Below are positions 39,695 through 48,708 of a DNA stretch of 64,000 nt, one piece after another. This DNA is from an uncultured Phycisphaerales bacterium. GTDB taxonomy: Bacteria; Planctomycetota; Phycisphaerae; Tepidisphaerales; Tepidisphaeraceae. Position 1 is the first letter of the stretch. Each line of letters starts with the position of its first letter. The stretch spans positions 2,948,909 through 3,012,908 of the forward strand of contig OY969903.1 in NCBI GenBank assembly GCA_963704405.1, given 5' to 3'. The translations under genes were made by a program, and so were the position numbers. The notes beneath the pieces were generated by a model. The model was not told the DNA's origin, ran no database searches, and saw only the letters and a list, made by a program, of their open reading frames with translations.

Positions 39695-40621
39695 ATGGCC
39701 CTTATCGCTGATCTTCATACAAATCCACGTCGGTTCGGTTGCGAGTATGAAATGGCTATGCCACTTTTGGGCATTGGCTCGGCATCGGACCTACGGCGCG
39801 TCGTTTCGGAAGTTCTCACAAGCAACGGCGTCCGAAGTATTCAACGAAACTACACACACGAACCCGTCCCCGAGGGAATCGACGCGGTGGTCGAATACGA
39901 TTCATCGGTTCAAGGCGAAACGAAGTACAACGGAATCACATGGTTTCCATTGGAAGTCAAAACGCGCATCTGCGGTTCGATGGCCGACTGGGAGAGCTTT
40001 GCGCCGAAGATGCTGGAAATCGTCCGCTACCTTGGCGGGCGCATCAACAATAGCACGGGCGGTCATGTTCACATCGCCGTCCCTGAAGCGGTCGAGCGGC
40101 CCGCCGTTCTGCGGTCGATCTACAACTTCATGCACCGCTATGAGCCGTTGGTGTACTCGATCATTCCGCCGTCACGACTCAACTGCGGATACGCAAGGCC
40201 GATGGAAGATCGCGCCAAACTGCTGCATGGTTGCAAGACCCTCGCCTGCTATCGGCGCGCGTTGGCGTCGATGGATCGATACTACGGATTGAACTGGAGC
40301 CACGCTTTCGGCTCACAAGAATCAGCGCGGCTTGAGTTTCGATACGCCCAGTCCACCCTCAACCCCGAGAAGGCCAAGCGTTGGCTCTCGTTCTGCCTTC
40401 AAATCGTCAACCACTGCGTTCTACGCAACTGCCAAGCGGGGGAGCGCATCATTCCGACGCGCGATGCTCTGGATCGCTTGATGATTTCGGCGGGTTTCCG
40501 CGTCAACACAAAGGTGTATTCGCGCGTTTGCCCCGAACTTCGCAAGACGGGGCGGTGGCTGATTCAACGTTATCGCCAATTCAATCAACTGAGCGGCGCA
40601 GCGTCCGATTCGGAGGGATAA
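39695..40621 (+). CDS. amidoligase (Amidoligase_2, glutamine-synthetase-like fold) family protein
   Basis: RRFGCEYEMAMPL..VVEYDSSVQGE..PLEVKTRI..GGRINNSTGGHVHIAV follows the Amidoligase_2 pattern (GxExE .. D.S .. E.. S .. CG.HVH). Confidence 0.8.
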   Translation: MALIADLHTNPRRFGCEYEMAMPLLGIGSASDLRRVVSEVLTSNGVRSIQRNYTHEPVPEGIDAVVEYDSSVQGETKYNGITWFPLEVKTRICGSMADWESFAPKMLEIVRYLGGRINNSTGGHVHIAVPEAVERPAVLRSIYNFMHRYEPLVYSIIPPSRLNCGYARPMEDRAKLLHGCKTLACYRRALASMDRYYGLNWSHAFGSQESARLEFRYAQSTLNPEKAKRWLSFCLQIVNHCVLRNCQAGERIIPTRDALDRLMISAGFRVNTKVYSRVCPELRKTGRWLIQRYRQFNQLSGAASDSEG

Positions 40622-40645
40622 GCGGCGGAAGTCACAGCTTTCGAC

Positions 40646-41452
40646 ATGGCGCGAATGGCGACACCAACAAAGGAGGTCGCCATTTGCGCCATCGTCGGAA
40701 TGATTGGTAAGACACAAGAGAATCGACATGCTGAAAGCTACTCGCTGATGCGCGAGTTGATGATCGCCGCTCAAAGTCGCGGCACCGATGCGAGCGGCAT
40801 CGCGTACAGAAGCGCGCCGTACGACCGCCCGTCACAGGGCCGCGTCGTCATGTCAAAGGCAGCGTTGCCCGCCGAACAGTTCGTTTGCGAAGACACCGCA
40901 TTTCGCGCGCTGGCGCATCGGCGTTCGTCGGCCTTTATAGGGCATTGTCGAATGGCGACACATGGCGACCCCAGCGCGGGCGGCGGAATGCTCAACAATC
41001 ATCCGTTCGTATCGCGGGACGGCTCGCTGTATCTCGTTCACAACGGTGTTCTGTCCCAGCACCGCGAAACCGCCGATGCTTTCGCGCTTACGCTGGAGTC
41101 ACATTGCGACTCGGAGCTTCTGTTGAGAATTGTCGAGTCCGCGCCAAACCCCATTGTTGGTTTGCTGGATTGCCTTTTGGTGCGCGGCACCATGGCCGTT
41201 GCTGTTTACGACGCGCGGCGGAATAAGGTGTATCTGATTCGCAACGCGGGGAGGCCGCTTTGGTTGATGCGGTTCACAGGAGAGCGGAAATGGTGGATTG
41301 CATCGACCGATGCGATTCACCTGACCGCCGTCGAGCGGGCTTACGGTCGCGCTGGACTGCGTCGGATCGAAACACTGATGCCCATCCCCGCAGGCGTACC
41401 GCTCGCCTTGTCCCCAGATGGTCATTTGGTGGCAGCATCGGCGATGAAATGA
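40646..41452 (+). CDS. class II (Ntn-type) glutamine amidotransferase-like protein
   Basis: ..CAIVGMIG..AQSRGTDASGIAY..GHCRMATHG..NNHPF..LVHNGV.. is a typical GATase class II pattern. The catalytic Cys is preceded by 13 residues, so either a propeptide or a different start is implied. Confidence 0.78.
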   Translation: MARMATPTKEVAICAIVGMIGKTQENRHAESYSLMRELMIAAQSRGTDASGIAYRSAPYDRPSQGRVVMSKAALPAEQFVCEDTAFRALAHRRSSAFIGHCRMATHGDPSAGGGMLNNHPFVSRDGSLYLVHNGVLSQHRETADAFALTLESHCDSELLLRIVESAPNPIVGLLDCLLVRGTMAVAVYDARRNKVYLIRNAGRPLWLMRFTGERKWWIASTDAIHLTAVERAYGRAGLRRIETLMPIPAGVPLALSPDGHLVAASAMK

Positions 41453-41592
41453 CCCGTCTGGAGGGGCGCGGGGAAGAGGAATACCCGCGCAGGTCACAAC
41501 CAGCTACTTCAGTTTTTAGGCAAGACTGAGCGTAAAGCCGCTTGGCTAATCGAATACTCGCGGGCACGGACAGACATCGAGCCATCTCAACC

Positions 41593-41634
41593 CCGCCGCC
41601 GACATTCTGCTGTCGGCGTCGGCGGTTTTGGCGG
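41593..41634 (+). terminator. GC-rich hairpin followed by TTTTGGCGGTTTTGG (intrinsic terminator candidate)
   Basis: ccgcc-gccgaca-ttctgc-tgtcggc(gtc)ggcgg, then a T-rich tract, approx 140 nt after the amidotransferase stop. Confidence 0.55.
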
Positions 41635-41647
41635 TTTTGGGATGGGT
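41635..41647 (+). promoter_or_regulatory. copy 4 of 13-nt motif TTTTGGGATGGGT (plus strand)
   Basis: Exact 13-mer, 187 nt upstream of ATG 41834 and in the same orientation as that gene. Confidence 0.5.
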
Positions 41648-41833
41648 GCCGCCGCAACCAGCAGGAAGAGGGAAATGTGCGAAGAGGTTCCCACATCCAG
41701 CCAAGCCACGCTCCCTTCGGCGGAAAAGGATGAGTAAAGCCGCTCTGGCGACTGACGGTGTGTGGTCAGTCGGTTTCGGACCCGATGATTCGCCGTCTAA
41801 TCCTGTGAGCTTTGTTGGTATCCGATCCTTAAG

Positions 41834-43791
41834 ATGGAGTGGATCGAGGGCGAACCACTCAACACTTACATCGCCAAGAATCTCGGACAGCCACATAAAC
41901 TTTTGCAGTTGAGCCGCGACTGGTCGGAAATGATGGCATCCTTGCGTGCAGCCCAAATCGCGCACGGCGATCTACAGCACGGTAATATCTTGGTGACACC
42001 GACCGGCCTTCGCCTCATTGACTATGACGGCATGTACGTCCCTTCTTTGAATGGTTGTGTAAGTCACGAAGAGGGTCATCGGAACTATCAGCACCCGGAG
42101 CGCACAGGTCGTGATTTCGGGCCATATCTCGATAACTTTTCAGCGTGGGTAATTTTCTCATCTGTAATGCTCGTTGCCCTGGAACCAAGACTGTGGCAAT
42201 TGCTGAAAGGGGGCGACGAATGCCTATTGTTTCGCCGTGACGACTTTAAACGACCGGACCGGTCTAGCGCATTTCAGGTATTGGAGAGCAGTAGCCCCGA
42301 AGTAAAAGCCCTCGCCGGACAGTTTCGCTCACTGCTCTCAATGCCTTTGCGACAAATTCCGGCTTTGGACGGACGGGTAGTCGTGCAAACGACACCTGCG
42401 CCACAACGGACGACAGTCCCAGGAGCGGTTCCGGACTGGCTCGCTGGCCACATCGCGCCAATGAGCCAAAGCACCGCAGTGGCGACAAAGCAGGTGATCG
42501 CGGAAGATGAAGGCCCTGCAATGGTCGCCACAGCCGATTGGATCATCGATCATTTAGTTGATAGCGAAACGCCGATTCCCACGTTGCGAGCTCATTCGTT
42601 CGTTGTCGAACGCCTTGCATTGTTGCTTACACTTTGCGTGAGTGTTGTTGCGGGTTGGAGTGCAGCGGTCAGCTTTATTCCTATCGCGACGGGAATGGTT
42701 TTTATCGCAGTCACGGTCGGGGCATACTCAATTTTATTGATGGCCAGGTATCGACGTGCCTCCGGCATGAAAGAGCGCCGTGAAATCGTGATTTCGCTGA
42801 GAACCGCCCGGGACACAGCCGAACGACAACAAGCCGAGATCAAAGTGGCATTGTCGAAACGTAAGAAACTAGCTTTACCTTTGGAAGCATTGGAAGCCGA
42901 ATTTCGCGCGTTGCCAGCGAAAATCAATGAGGAAATTTTTGCCATGCAGGTCCGTATTGATGGCATCCATGGATCTTATTCGAATAAACGACAGGAACTG
43001 GCTGACGAAGAGTCTCAAGCGATTCGCCATGTCGAGGACGAGGCCCGTCGTCGCCTGGGACCGTTGCAGATCGAACGAAATGGCATTGATCAGAAGGAAC
43101 GCACAGAAGTGGCAAAAGCCATAAACGCAGTGCAAGAGGCTTACATCAACAGTCGGCTTGCCAACGCCACTATTGATGGCGCGAGTCTCATGGGGATTGG
43201 TCCAAAATTGAAAGCGACGCTGAAAGCCCACGGAATTTATTCTGCACGTGATGTAGACTCTTGGAGAATTCGAAATGTAAGAGGAATCGGAGAGGCAAAG
43301 CAAGCGGAACTGATGGCCTGGAGAAGTCAGATCATTTATGACACACCCGTGCAAGCGTCGCTTTCGAGAGACCAAGAATTAAACATCCGCAACCAGTTTG
43401 TCAGGCGGAGAAACGAATTAGATCAACAGTTGCGCCAATCGAAGAGTCAGAGCGGCGGCAACGCCAAGCCGCGCTCGATCGATTCACGCAGAGCCAAATG
43501 AGGCTAGATGAGTCAGAGCGGCAAGAAACAAGAACACACGAAGCTGCGATTCAAGCCATACATGCAAAATTGCAAAGTGAACGGCATCGGATTGATGCCG
43601 AGTACAGGCACCTAAAGGTAAAACTCGCATCAGTCCAAAAGGAATACAATCAGAGGCTCGGCGAGATGAATCGCAATGCAACGCAACAACGATTTGTCGT
43701 ATGCAAACTTGAAAAAGAATTGCATCGGTATCACGGAGTGTCGCCACAGCGATATCTCACAAGAATCATCGGACTACGCCAGGCAGGCTAA
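41834..43791 (+). pseudogene. kinase-like (C-lobe only) / transmembrane / coiled-coil / HhH protein gene, 5'-truncated and frameshifted near 43435-43445
   Basis: Begins at the kinase hinge (WYPILK-MEWIEGEPL) with catalytic loop HGDLQHGNILV and IDYDGM. No N-lobe is readable upstream (stops in all frames). Two TM helices, a long coiled coil and GIGPKLKATLKAHGIYSARDV..RGIGEAKQAELMAW follow. ORF 43498..43791 continues the coiled coil in another frame. Confidence 0.6.
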
Positions 43792-43805
43792 AAAGTTGAG
43801 AAACA

Positions 43806-44105
43806 ATGAAATTCGGATTTCGAAGACCATCGTTGCGAAAGAGCATTGCAGCGCGCACGTCTGTTAAAAGATACGTTCGCCATTCTCTCGGCTTCAAAGC
43901 TCCTCGTGGGTGGGGATGGCTAACCAATTCGAAAAAGGCTGCTTACAACCGGATGTATTATCGAACGACGTTCGGCTGGCAAGACTTATTCAAAATTCGA
44001 GGGCGAAGACAAGCATCGCAAGGCTGCCTTGTGACAATTATCCTCGCAGTCGGTCTTGTGTGCAGTGTTCTTGCTGGTGTTTCAATAGCTCACTTTCTCA
44101 CTTGA
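43806..44105 (+). CDS. small basic protein with C-terminal TM helix
   Basis: 99 aa. Arg/Lys-rich N-terminal part, C-terminal LVTIILAVGLVCSVLAGVSIAHFL. Confidence 0.5.
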   Translation: MKFGFRRPSLRKSIAARTSVKRYVRHSLGFKAPRGWGWLTNSKKAAYNRMYYRTTFGWQDLFKIRGRRQASQGCLVTIILAVGLVCSVLAGVSIAHFLT

Positions 44106-44247
44106 TTCGGATCATTTTAAACACTTACGCTCAGTCACAGGGAGCAACTAGACAGAGCAATCATGGACCGAGGGGTGCGGATTGCAACATCGATCGCAAA
44201 AGAACAACGAACCTCCCTCGTAACTCTAACGCAATACAGGTTTAGGA

Positions 44248-44748
44248 ATGAAAAGTGATACAACGCCTAGAGGTTGTTTAGGCTTCCTGTTCAAGCTATT
44301 CACAGGCGATGAACAAGATGAAAAGCAGGCCGCCTTCCCAAAAATCCAAATCAACAAATATTTCATCTCCGACGCCGAAGCCGACTTTTTCCGAGTTCTT
44401 ACACGCGTCGTCAGTGATCGTGGACATATCTTAGCTCAGGTGTCCCTAAAGCAACTCTTTTGGCTTCCTGGCAGAAACCAAGACACTCCCGGACGTGCGA
44501 CGTGGCAGAACAAAATAAACCAAAAAGCTGTTGATTTCGTCGTCTGTGACCCGGCCACGCTTCGACCGTTGCTTGCCATCGAATTGGATGAACCATCACA
44601 TACTCGAGCCGACCGGATCATACGAGATGAAGAATTGAAAAAAATGTTCGAGGCCGCTGGACTCGTGCTACTTCGCGAGCCCACATGCCGTACGTACGAC
44701 ACCCGGCAACTCGCACAAAGAGTATTGCCACATCTTGGCACACAATAA
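44248..44748 (+). CDS. DUF2726 domain protein (PD-(D/E)xK-like)
   Basis: FISDAEADFFRVL..ILAQVSLKQLF..VDFVVCD..LRPLLAIELDEPSH.. matches the DUF2726 pattern. Confidence 0.8.
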   Translation: MKSDTTPRGCLGFLFKLFTGDEQDEKQAAFPKIQINKYFISDAEADFFRVLTRVVSDRGHILAQVSLKQLFWLPGRNQDTPGRATWQNKINQKAVDFVVCDPATLRPLLAIELDEPSHTRADRIIRDEELKKMFEAAGLVLLREPTCRTYDTRQLAQRVLPHLGTQ

Positions 44749-44865
44749 CGATCTAGGGTTCCTGGGACTCGCGCGTCCCCGCGCGGAATAAATATCTCCA
44801 TTCCACGGCGCAACCAAGCCATTTTATACTTGCTGTATCCTCTACAATCGCGCTAGAATGGCCGC

Positions 44866-46482
44866 ATGACCAACAACGCATATTTTCTCTATGCCCGCAA
44901 GTCAACCGACGACGGCACCCGTCAAGTCAGAAGCATCGTCGATCAGCTTGCCGAAGGCCGCGATCTCGCCGCCCGCGAGGGATTGGTCATCCTCGAAGCC
45001 TTGGTCGAGAAGCAAACCGCGAAGAAGCCGGGCCGTCCGGTCTTCAACGAGATGCTCGACCGGATAGAGAAGGGCGAAGCTGCTGGCATCATCGCCTGGC
45101 ACCCCGACCGTCTTGCTCGGAACTCACTCGACGGCGGCAGGATCATTTGGCTCGTCGATACCGGCAAGATTCTCGACCTGAAGTTCCCGAGCTACCGCTT
45201 CGACGTGACGCCCCAGGGCAAGCTCTCCCTCGCCATCGAATTTGGCATCAGCAAGTATTACGTGGACAAGCTTTCGGAAGACATCAAGCGGGGCCAGAGC
45301 CGGAAACTGAAAGACGGCCTGTGGCCGAAGATCGCACCGCTCGGCTACAAGAACGACCACGCCACGAAACGGATCGTGCCCGATCCGGTCAAGGCCCCGC
45401 TCATCCGCAAGGCCTTCACCATGTACGCGACCGGCGACTATACACTGCGGCAAGTGAAGAATGCCTTGAATGACCTTGGCCTGGTTGGCATCAAGGGCGG
45501 AACGCTCTGGGTCGCGAACTACCAATACATCCTCAAGAACCCGGTGTACTACGGCACGATGCGATATGGCGGGGAATACTACGAGGGAAAGCACGAGCCC
45601 TTGATTACCAAAGCCCTGTTCGACCAAGCCCAAGCGGTGATGAGCGAGAAATCCAAGCCGAAATCAAACAACCGGAAGCCCTACCTCTATCGCGGCATGT
45701 TCCACTGCGGCGAATGCGGTCGCCTTGTGACGACTGAGACACAGAAGGGCCACAACTACCTTCGCTGCTCGAAGTGGGAAGTCACATGTTCGCAGCGGTA
45801 CGTAAGGGAAGAGAAGATCACCGAGGCTGTCGCCGATGCGATCGGGCTTGTGGCGTTGCCAGTGGAATGGACGGACTGGCTACTCGCGAAGACCGATGAG
45901 GAAGCCGAAGTGGCAAAGGCAGATACTGTGGGGATCGTTCACGATCTCAAAGACAAAATCAAAGAAGCCGATATGCGGCTCGACCGCCTCATGGCGGCCT
46001 ATATCGACCGGGTTGTTACCCTGCCGGAATACAAAACGGCTAAGAACAAGATGCTGGATGAGAAGCGGATTCTTGCTGAAAACCTCGCCTCAGTTGAGGA
46101 CGAGCGTTCACACGCCTTCGAACCGCTGAAATCCTTTATTTTGGCTGTAAAACACGCCAAAACGCTCGGAGAGACGGGAAAACCGGAGGAACAACGCGAT
46201 TTCTTCAAAACCATCACTTCGAACCCAAACGTGTTCAATCGGGAGCTTCGGTTTGAACCACGCGGAGCGTGGCAACTCGTTATCCGACAAGGCTCTTTTG
46301 TCCAACAGAACACCGCGCCCGCGATAGCGGGCGCGGTGTTTCTTGGTGAAACTCACCATGTCGTTCAAATGCGGAGAGGGGGAGAGTCGAAACGGCTCAA
46401 ACCCACAAACTCCTATTATCCCTCTATTTACATCTTAAAGCTAGCGATTTCAAGGATTTGGCACGTCTCGTTGATGTGCTGA
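44866..46482 (+). CDS. large serine recombinase
   Basis: Resolvase-type N-terminus (YARKSTDD..QVRSIVDQ), recombinase domain and zinc ribbon (CGECGRLVTTETQKGHNYLRCSKW), then a coiled coil. The last approx 50 codons run through a terminator-like hairpin, so the true stop is uncertain. Confidence 0.92.
   Translation: MTNNAYFLYARKSTDDGTRQVRSIVDQLAEGRDLAAREGLVILEALVEKQTAKKPGRPVFNEMLDRIEKGEAAGIIAWHPDRLARNSLDGGRIIWLVDTGKILDLKFPSYRFDVTPQGKLSLAIEFGISKYYVDKLSEDIKRGQSRKLKDGLWPKIAPLGYKNDHATKRIVPDPVKAPLIRKAFTMYATGDYTLRQVKNALNDLGLVGIKGGTLWVANYQYILKNPVYYGTMRYGGEYYEGKHEPLITKALFDQAQAVMSEKSKPKSNNRKPYLYRGMFHCGECGRLVTTETQKGHNYLRCSKWEVTCSQRYVREEKITEAVADAIGLVALPVEWTDWLLAKTDEEAEVAKADTVGIVHDLKDKIKEADMRLDRLMAAYIDRVVTLPEYKTAKNKMLDEKRILAENLASVEDERSHAFEPLKSFILAVKHAKTLGETGKPEEQRDFFKTITSNPNVFNRELRFEPRGAWQLVIRQGSFVQQNTAPAIAGAVFLGETHHVVQMRRGGESKRLKPTNSYYPSIYILKLAISRIWHVSLMC
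45970..46385 (+). repeat. right copy of the 416-bp direct repeat (left copy 21900..22315)
   Basis: See the left copy. Covers the 3' end of the intact recombinase gene, including hairpin 46309..46340. Confidence 0.9.
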
Positions 46483-46515
46483 ACCTACACGGTTTTTTAC
46501 CATGTTTTGACGGAC

Positions 46516-46537
46516 TTTGAGGGCAATTTGAGGGCAA
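46516..46537. repeat. tandem duplication of an 11-mer (tttgagggcaa x2)
   Basis: Exact head-to-tail repeat, 34 nt after the nominal recombinase stop and 49 nt before the next gene. Confidence 0.8.
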
Positions 46538-46585
46538 TCGCGCGCTATTTTCAGAAACCAACCTCGTGACGAAAAGGAGAATCAT

Positions 46586-47074
46586 ATGAAGCGTTTTCAG
46601 ACATTGAGTTCCCAGTTTAGCAGCGTCAATCTTTTGACCGTGATGATTCTGTGCGCGTTGACATTCGGCATCATGGGATGTGACGGGGGCGTTGGCGAAG
46701 TCGCCGTGATAGACGCCGCCGCGACAGACGCCGCCGCTGCCGCGGCAACAGATGTCGCTGCCGAAACGGCTGCTGACGCCGTGACGGAAACCGCAATTGG
46801 CGGTACCACAAATATTGCGCTCGATCTCGGTGGTGACATTATCACCGTTGAACCGTTTTGCCCTGTTTTAGAAACAGGTGATGGCGCTGAGGACATGGTT
46901 GTCGGCCTGAGATCTACTAACCCCTCTGGCACGACAGTAAGCGAACTAGACAACAAAGCCGGCGACCTCCGGATGGTTGCGATGACGACACGAAAAATTT
47001 TCCGGCTAGAAGCGGCATTTTTGGACATTCAAAACAAGCGATTGATCGTAAAAGCTGTTGAAAACAAAAGGTGA
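46586..47074 (+). CDS. hypothetical lipoprotein with Ala/Asp/Thr-rich linker
   Basis: aaggaga RBS 7 nt upstream. Signal/lipobox LTFGIMGCDGG. No family recognised. Confidence 0.6.
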   Translation: MKRFQTLSSQFSSVNLLTVMILCALTFGIMGCDGGVGEVAVIDAAATDAAAAAATDVAAETAADAVTETAIGGTTNIALDLGGDIITVEPFCPVLETGDGAEDMVVGLRSTNPSGTTVSELDNKAGDLRMVAMTTRKIFRLEAAFLDIQNKRLIVKAVENKR

Positions 47075-47468
47075 GGCAACGACTTGGAGGTCTTTCAGGC
47101 TTGGCGACAGAGTCATAAGTGATTTGCAACAATCGAAAAAGACCAAGTTCACCGGTGCGGACGAGAAGCCAGTCGTATTTGAAGTCCAGCGGTGATTGGG
47201 CCTTAGCGACAAGATCAAGCCGATGGGGAGTCGACAGACTCCGGCCCGCGAATCCCGACATACCCTGAGTGAGCGCCGGCTCGGATGCGGAAGGTGTCGT
47301 ATTCGCGTTCAACTGAGTGTGACTCGCTCTTATCTGGTCAAAGGAGAAGTCTCCGGAAAACGTAGAGGCTAACCCTCGGTTCCGAAGCTACTTCTCTAAA
47401 CCAGAAGCACTTGCGAATACGAGCGTTACGATTCGCATAGTTTACATAATTTCACATATTTGTCAAGA

Positions 47469-47490
47469 GTTTAGTACGGGTTTAGTACGG
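47469..47490. repeat. tandem duplication of an 11-mer (gtttagtacgg x2), followed by 14-bp palindrome caacatatatgttg at 47499..47512
   Basis: Exact repeats read directly from the sequence. They lie downstream of the ImmA-like gene stop. Confidence 0.8.
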
Positions 47491-47563
47491 AAATTTTGCA
47501 ACATATATGTTGTTTGGAGTAATCACGATCATAAATCCCCGGTACAGGTTATACCGGAGGCCG

Positions 47564-48181
47564 CTACGATCCTCGGCGGTGTCGCAAAATTCTCTTGTAA
47601 ACAGGCTCACCAAAGATGTTCTCTTCCAGCTTCTTCCACTGAATACGATCCAGGCTTCCAGCGGGAGCCAAGCCAAAAAAGAGCGCGCGTTTTGCCAAGC
47701 CCGTATAACTCAAGGTTGTTCGCGTATCGTGTTTAAGGTGAACAATAGTTTCCGGACAGCATTTGCCGGCCGTTATTCCTTTGGCGGCGAGGGCGTCGAT
47801 AAAATCCTGTTCGGGGAAAATGAATTCCGCGGCGAAGATCTCCGCGCCAATCTCGATATGCTCGTTGATATTACGATCGCTGCAACACGCTACCGGACGA
47901 TCACGATCAACAAGATGGTGTTTGAGTTCGTGCGCCATCGTAAAAACCATGGGATCTTCCGGCAAGCGTTTCGCCAGCATCACGGTTGCGCCAAGGTCGT
48001 CGTTAAAATAAGCGCCGCGAACCTCGCGAAGCCGGTGCGGCCATAGATCGATTTTAATCTTTTGATCACGATAAATTGTTCGGAGATGTGACTTCTGCAC
48101 ACGGGGAGATTCAAGGCCATATTTAGCACGCATTTCCCGTGCGAGTTCTTTCATTTCGTTGTAATACACGGATCGGTTCAC
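47564..48181 (-). CDS. ImmA/IrrE-family zinc metallopeptidase (CapP/ImmA-like)
   Basis: HELKHHLVD (HExxH) in a 205-aa protein, immediately downstream of an XRE repressor gene. Confidence 0.85.
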   Translation of the reverse strand: MNRSVYYNEMKELAREMRAKYGLESPRVQKSHLRTIYRDQKIKIDLWPHRLREVRGAYFNDDLGATVMLAKRLPEDPMVFTMAHELKHHLVDRDRPVACCSDRNINEHIEIGAEIFAAEFIFPEQDFIDALAAKGITAGKCCPETIVHLKHDTRTTLSYTGLAKRALFFGLAPAGSLDRIQWKKLEENIFGEPVYKRILRHRRGS

Positions 48182-48211
48182 GCTTGACTCCTCCCTGGAT
48201 GGGGCGGGCTT

Positions 48212-48595
48212 TCATCCCTGCGGTCTCCCTACCTTTTTCTTAACGGCCATACTTCCCATCAGGGCACGAGCCCTGCGATATTCAGCGTATTTCTGCAACT
48301 CATCAATGTCATCTTCCGGCAGGTCTTTCGCAGCTCGAAGCAACGCCGTGACCTTTGACTCCGCCGGTTCATCATCTTTTGGAAAAAACTCGAGGATGGA
48401 CACTCTAAAAAACCGACTTAATGCGTCGAGGTCTTCTAGGCTGGGGCGATATGTGCCTGTTTCCCAACGAGAAACTGTATTCCCGGCCATCTTGAGCGAT
48501 TTCGCAAGCTCCTCTTGCGAAATGCCGTTTCCGCCGTAGTTGTTACGTAACTGGCGAATCCGTTCACCGACGTAACGAATAAGTTCCATTCGCAT
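48212..48595 (-). CDS. XRE-family helix-turn-helix transcriptional regulator (CapH/ImmR-like)
   Basis: ISQEELAKSLKMAGNTVSRWETGTYRPSLEDLDAL is a canonical Cro/C1-type HTH. Confidence 0.85.
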   Translation of the reverse strand: MRMELIRYVGERIRQLRNNYGGNGISQEELAKSLKMAGNTVSRWETGTYRPSLEDLDALSRFFRVSILEFFPKDDEPAESKVTALLRAAKDLPEDDIDELQKYAEYRRARALMGSMAVKKKVGRPQG

Positions 48596-48604
48596 CTCCT
48601 ATGG

Positions 48605-48621
48605 TTTCCTGAATCAGGAAA
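48605..48621. promoter_or_regulatory. 17-bp palindrome tttcctga-a-tcaggaaa in the divergent promoter region (candidate XRE operator)
   Basis: Perfect palindrome 10 nt upstream of the XRE start. An extra half-site tttcctg sits at 48626..48632 and a second palindrome aggata-a-tatcct at 48658..48670. Confidence 0.5.
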
Positions 48622-48708
48622 TAATTTTCCTGTTTATGTTGACCGTGCTCTGCCGAAAGGATAATATCCTGTATCGGGACAATTGATCAACACAAAAAGG
48701 AGAATACC

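Noticed and set aside
46917-47312. 131-aa minus-strand ORF downstream of the lipoprotein gene
   Set aside because: It partly overlaps the lipoprotein gene antisense, and has no RBS or motif. It is left unannotated.
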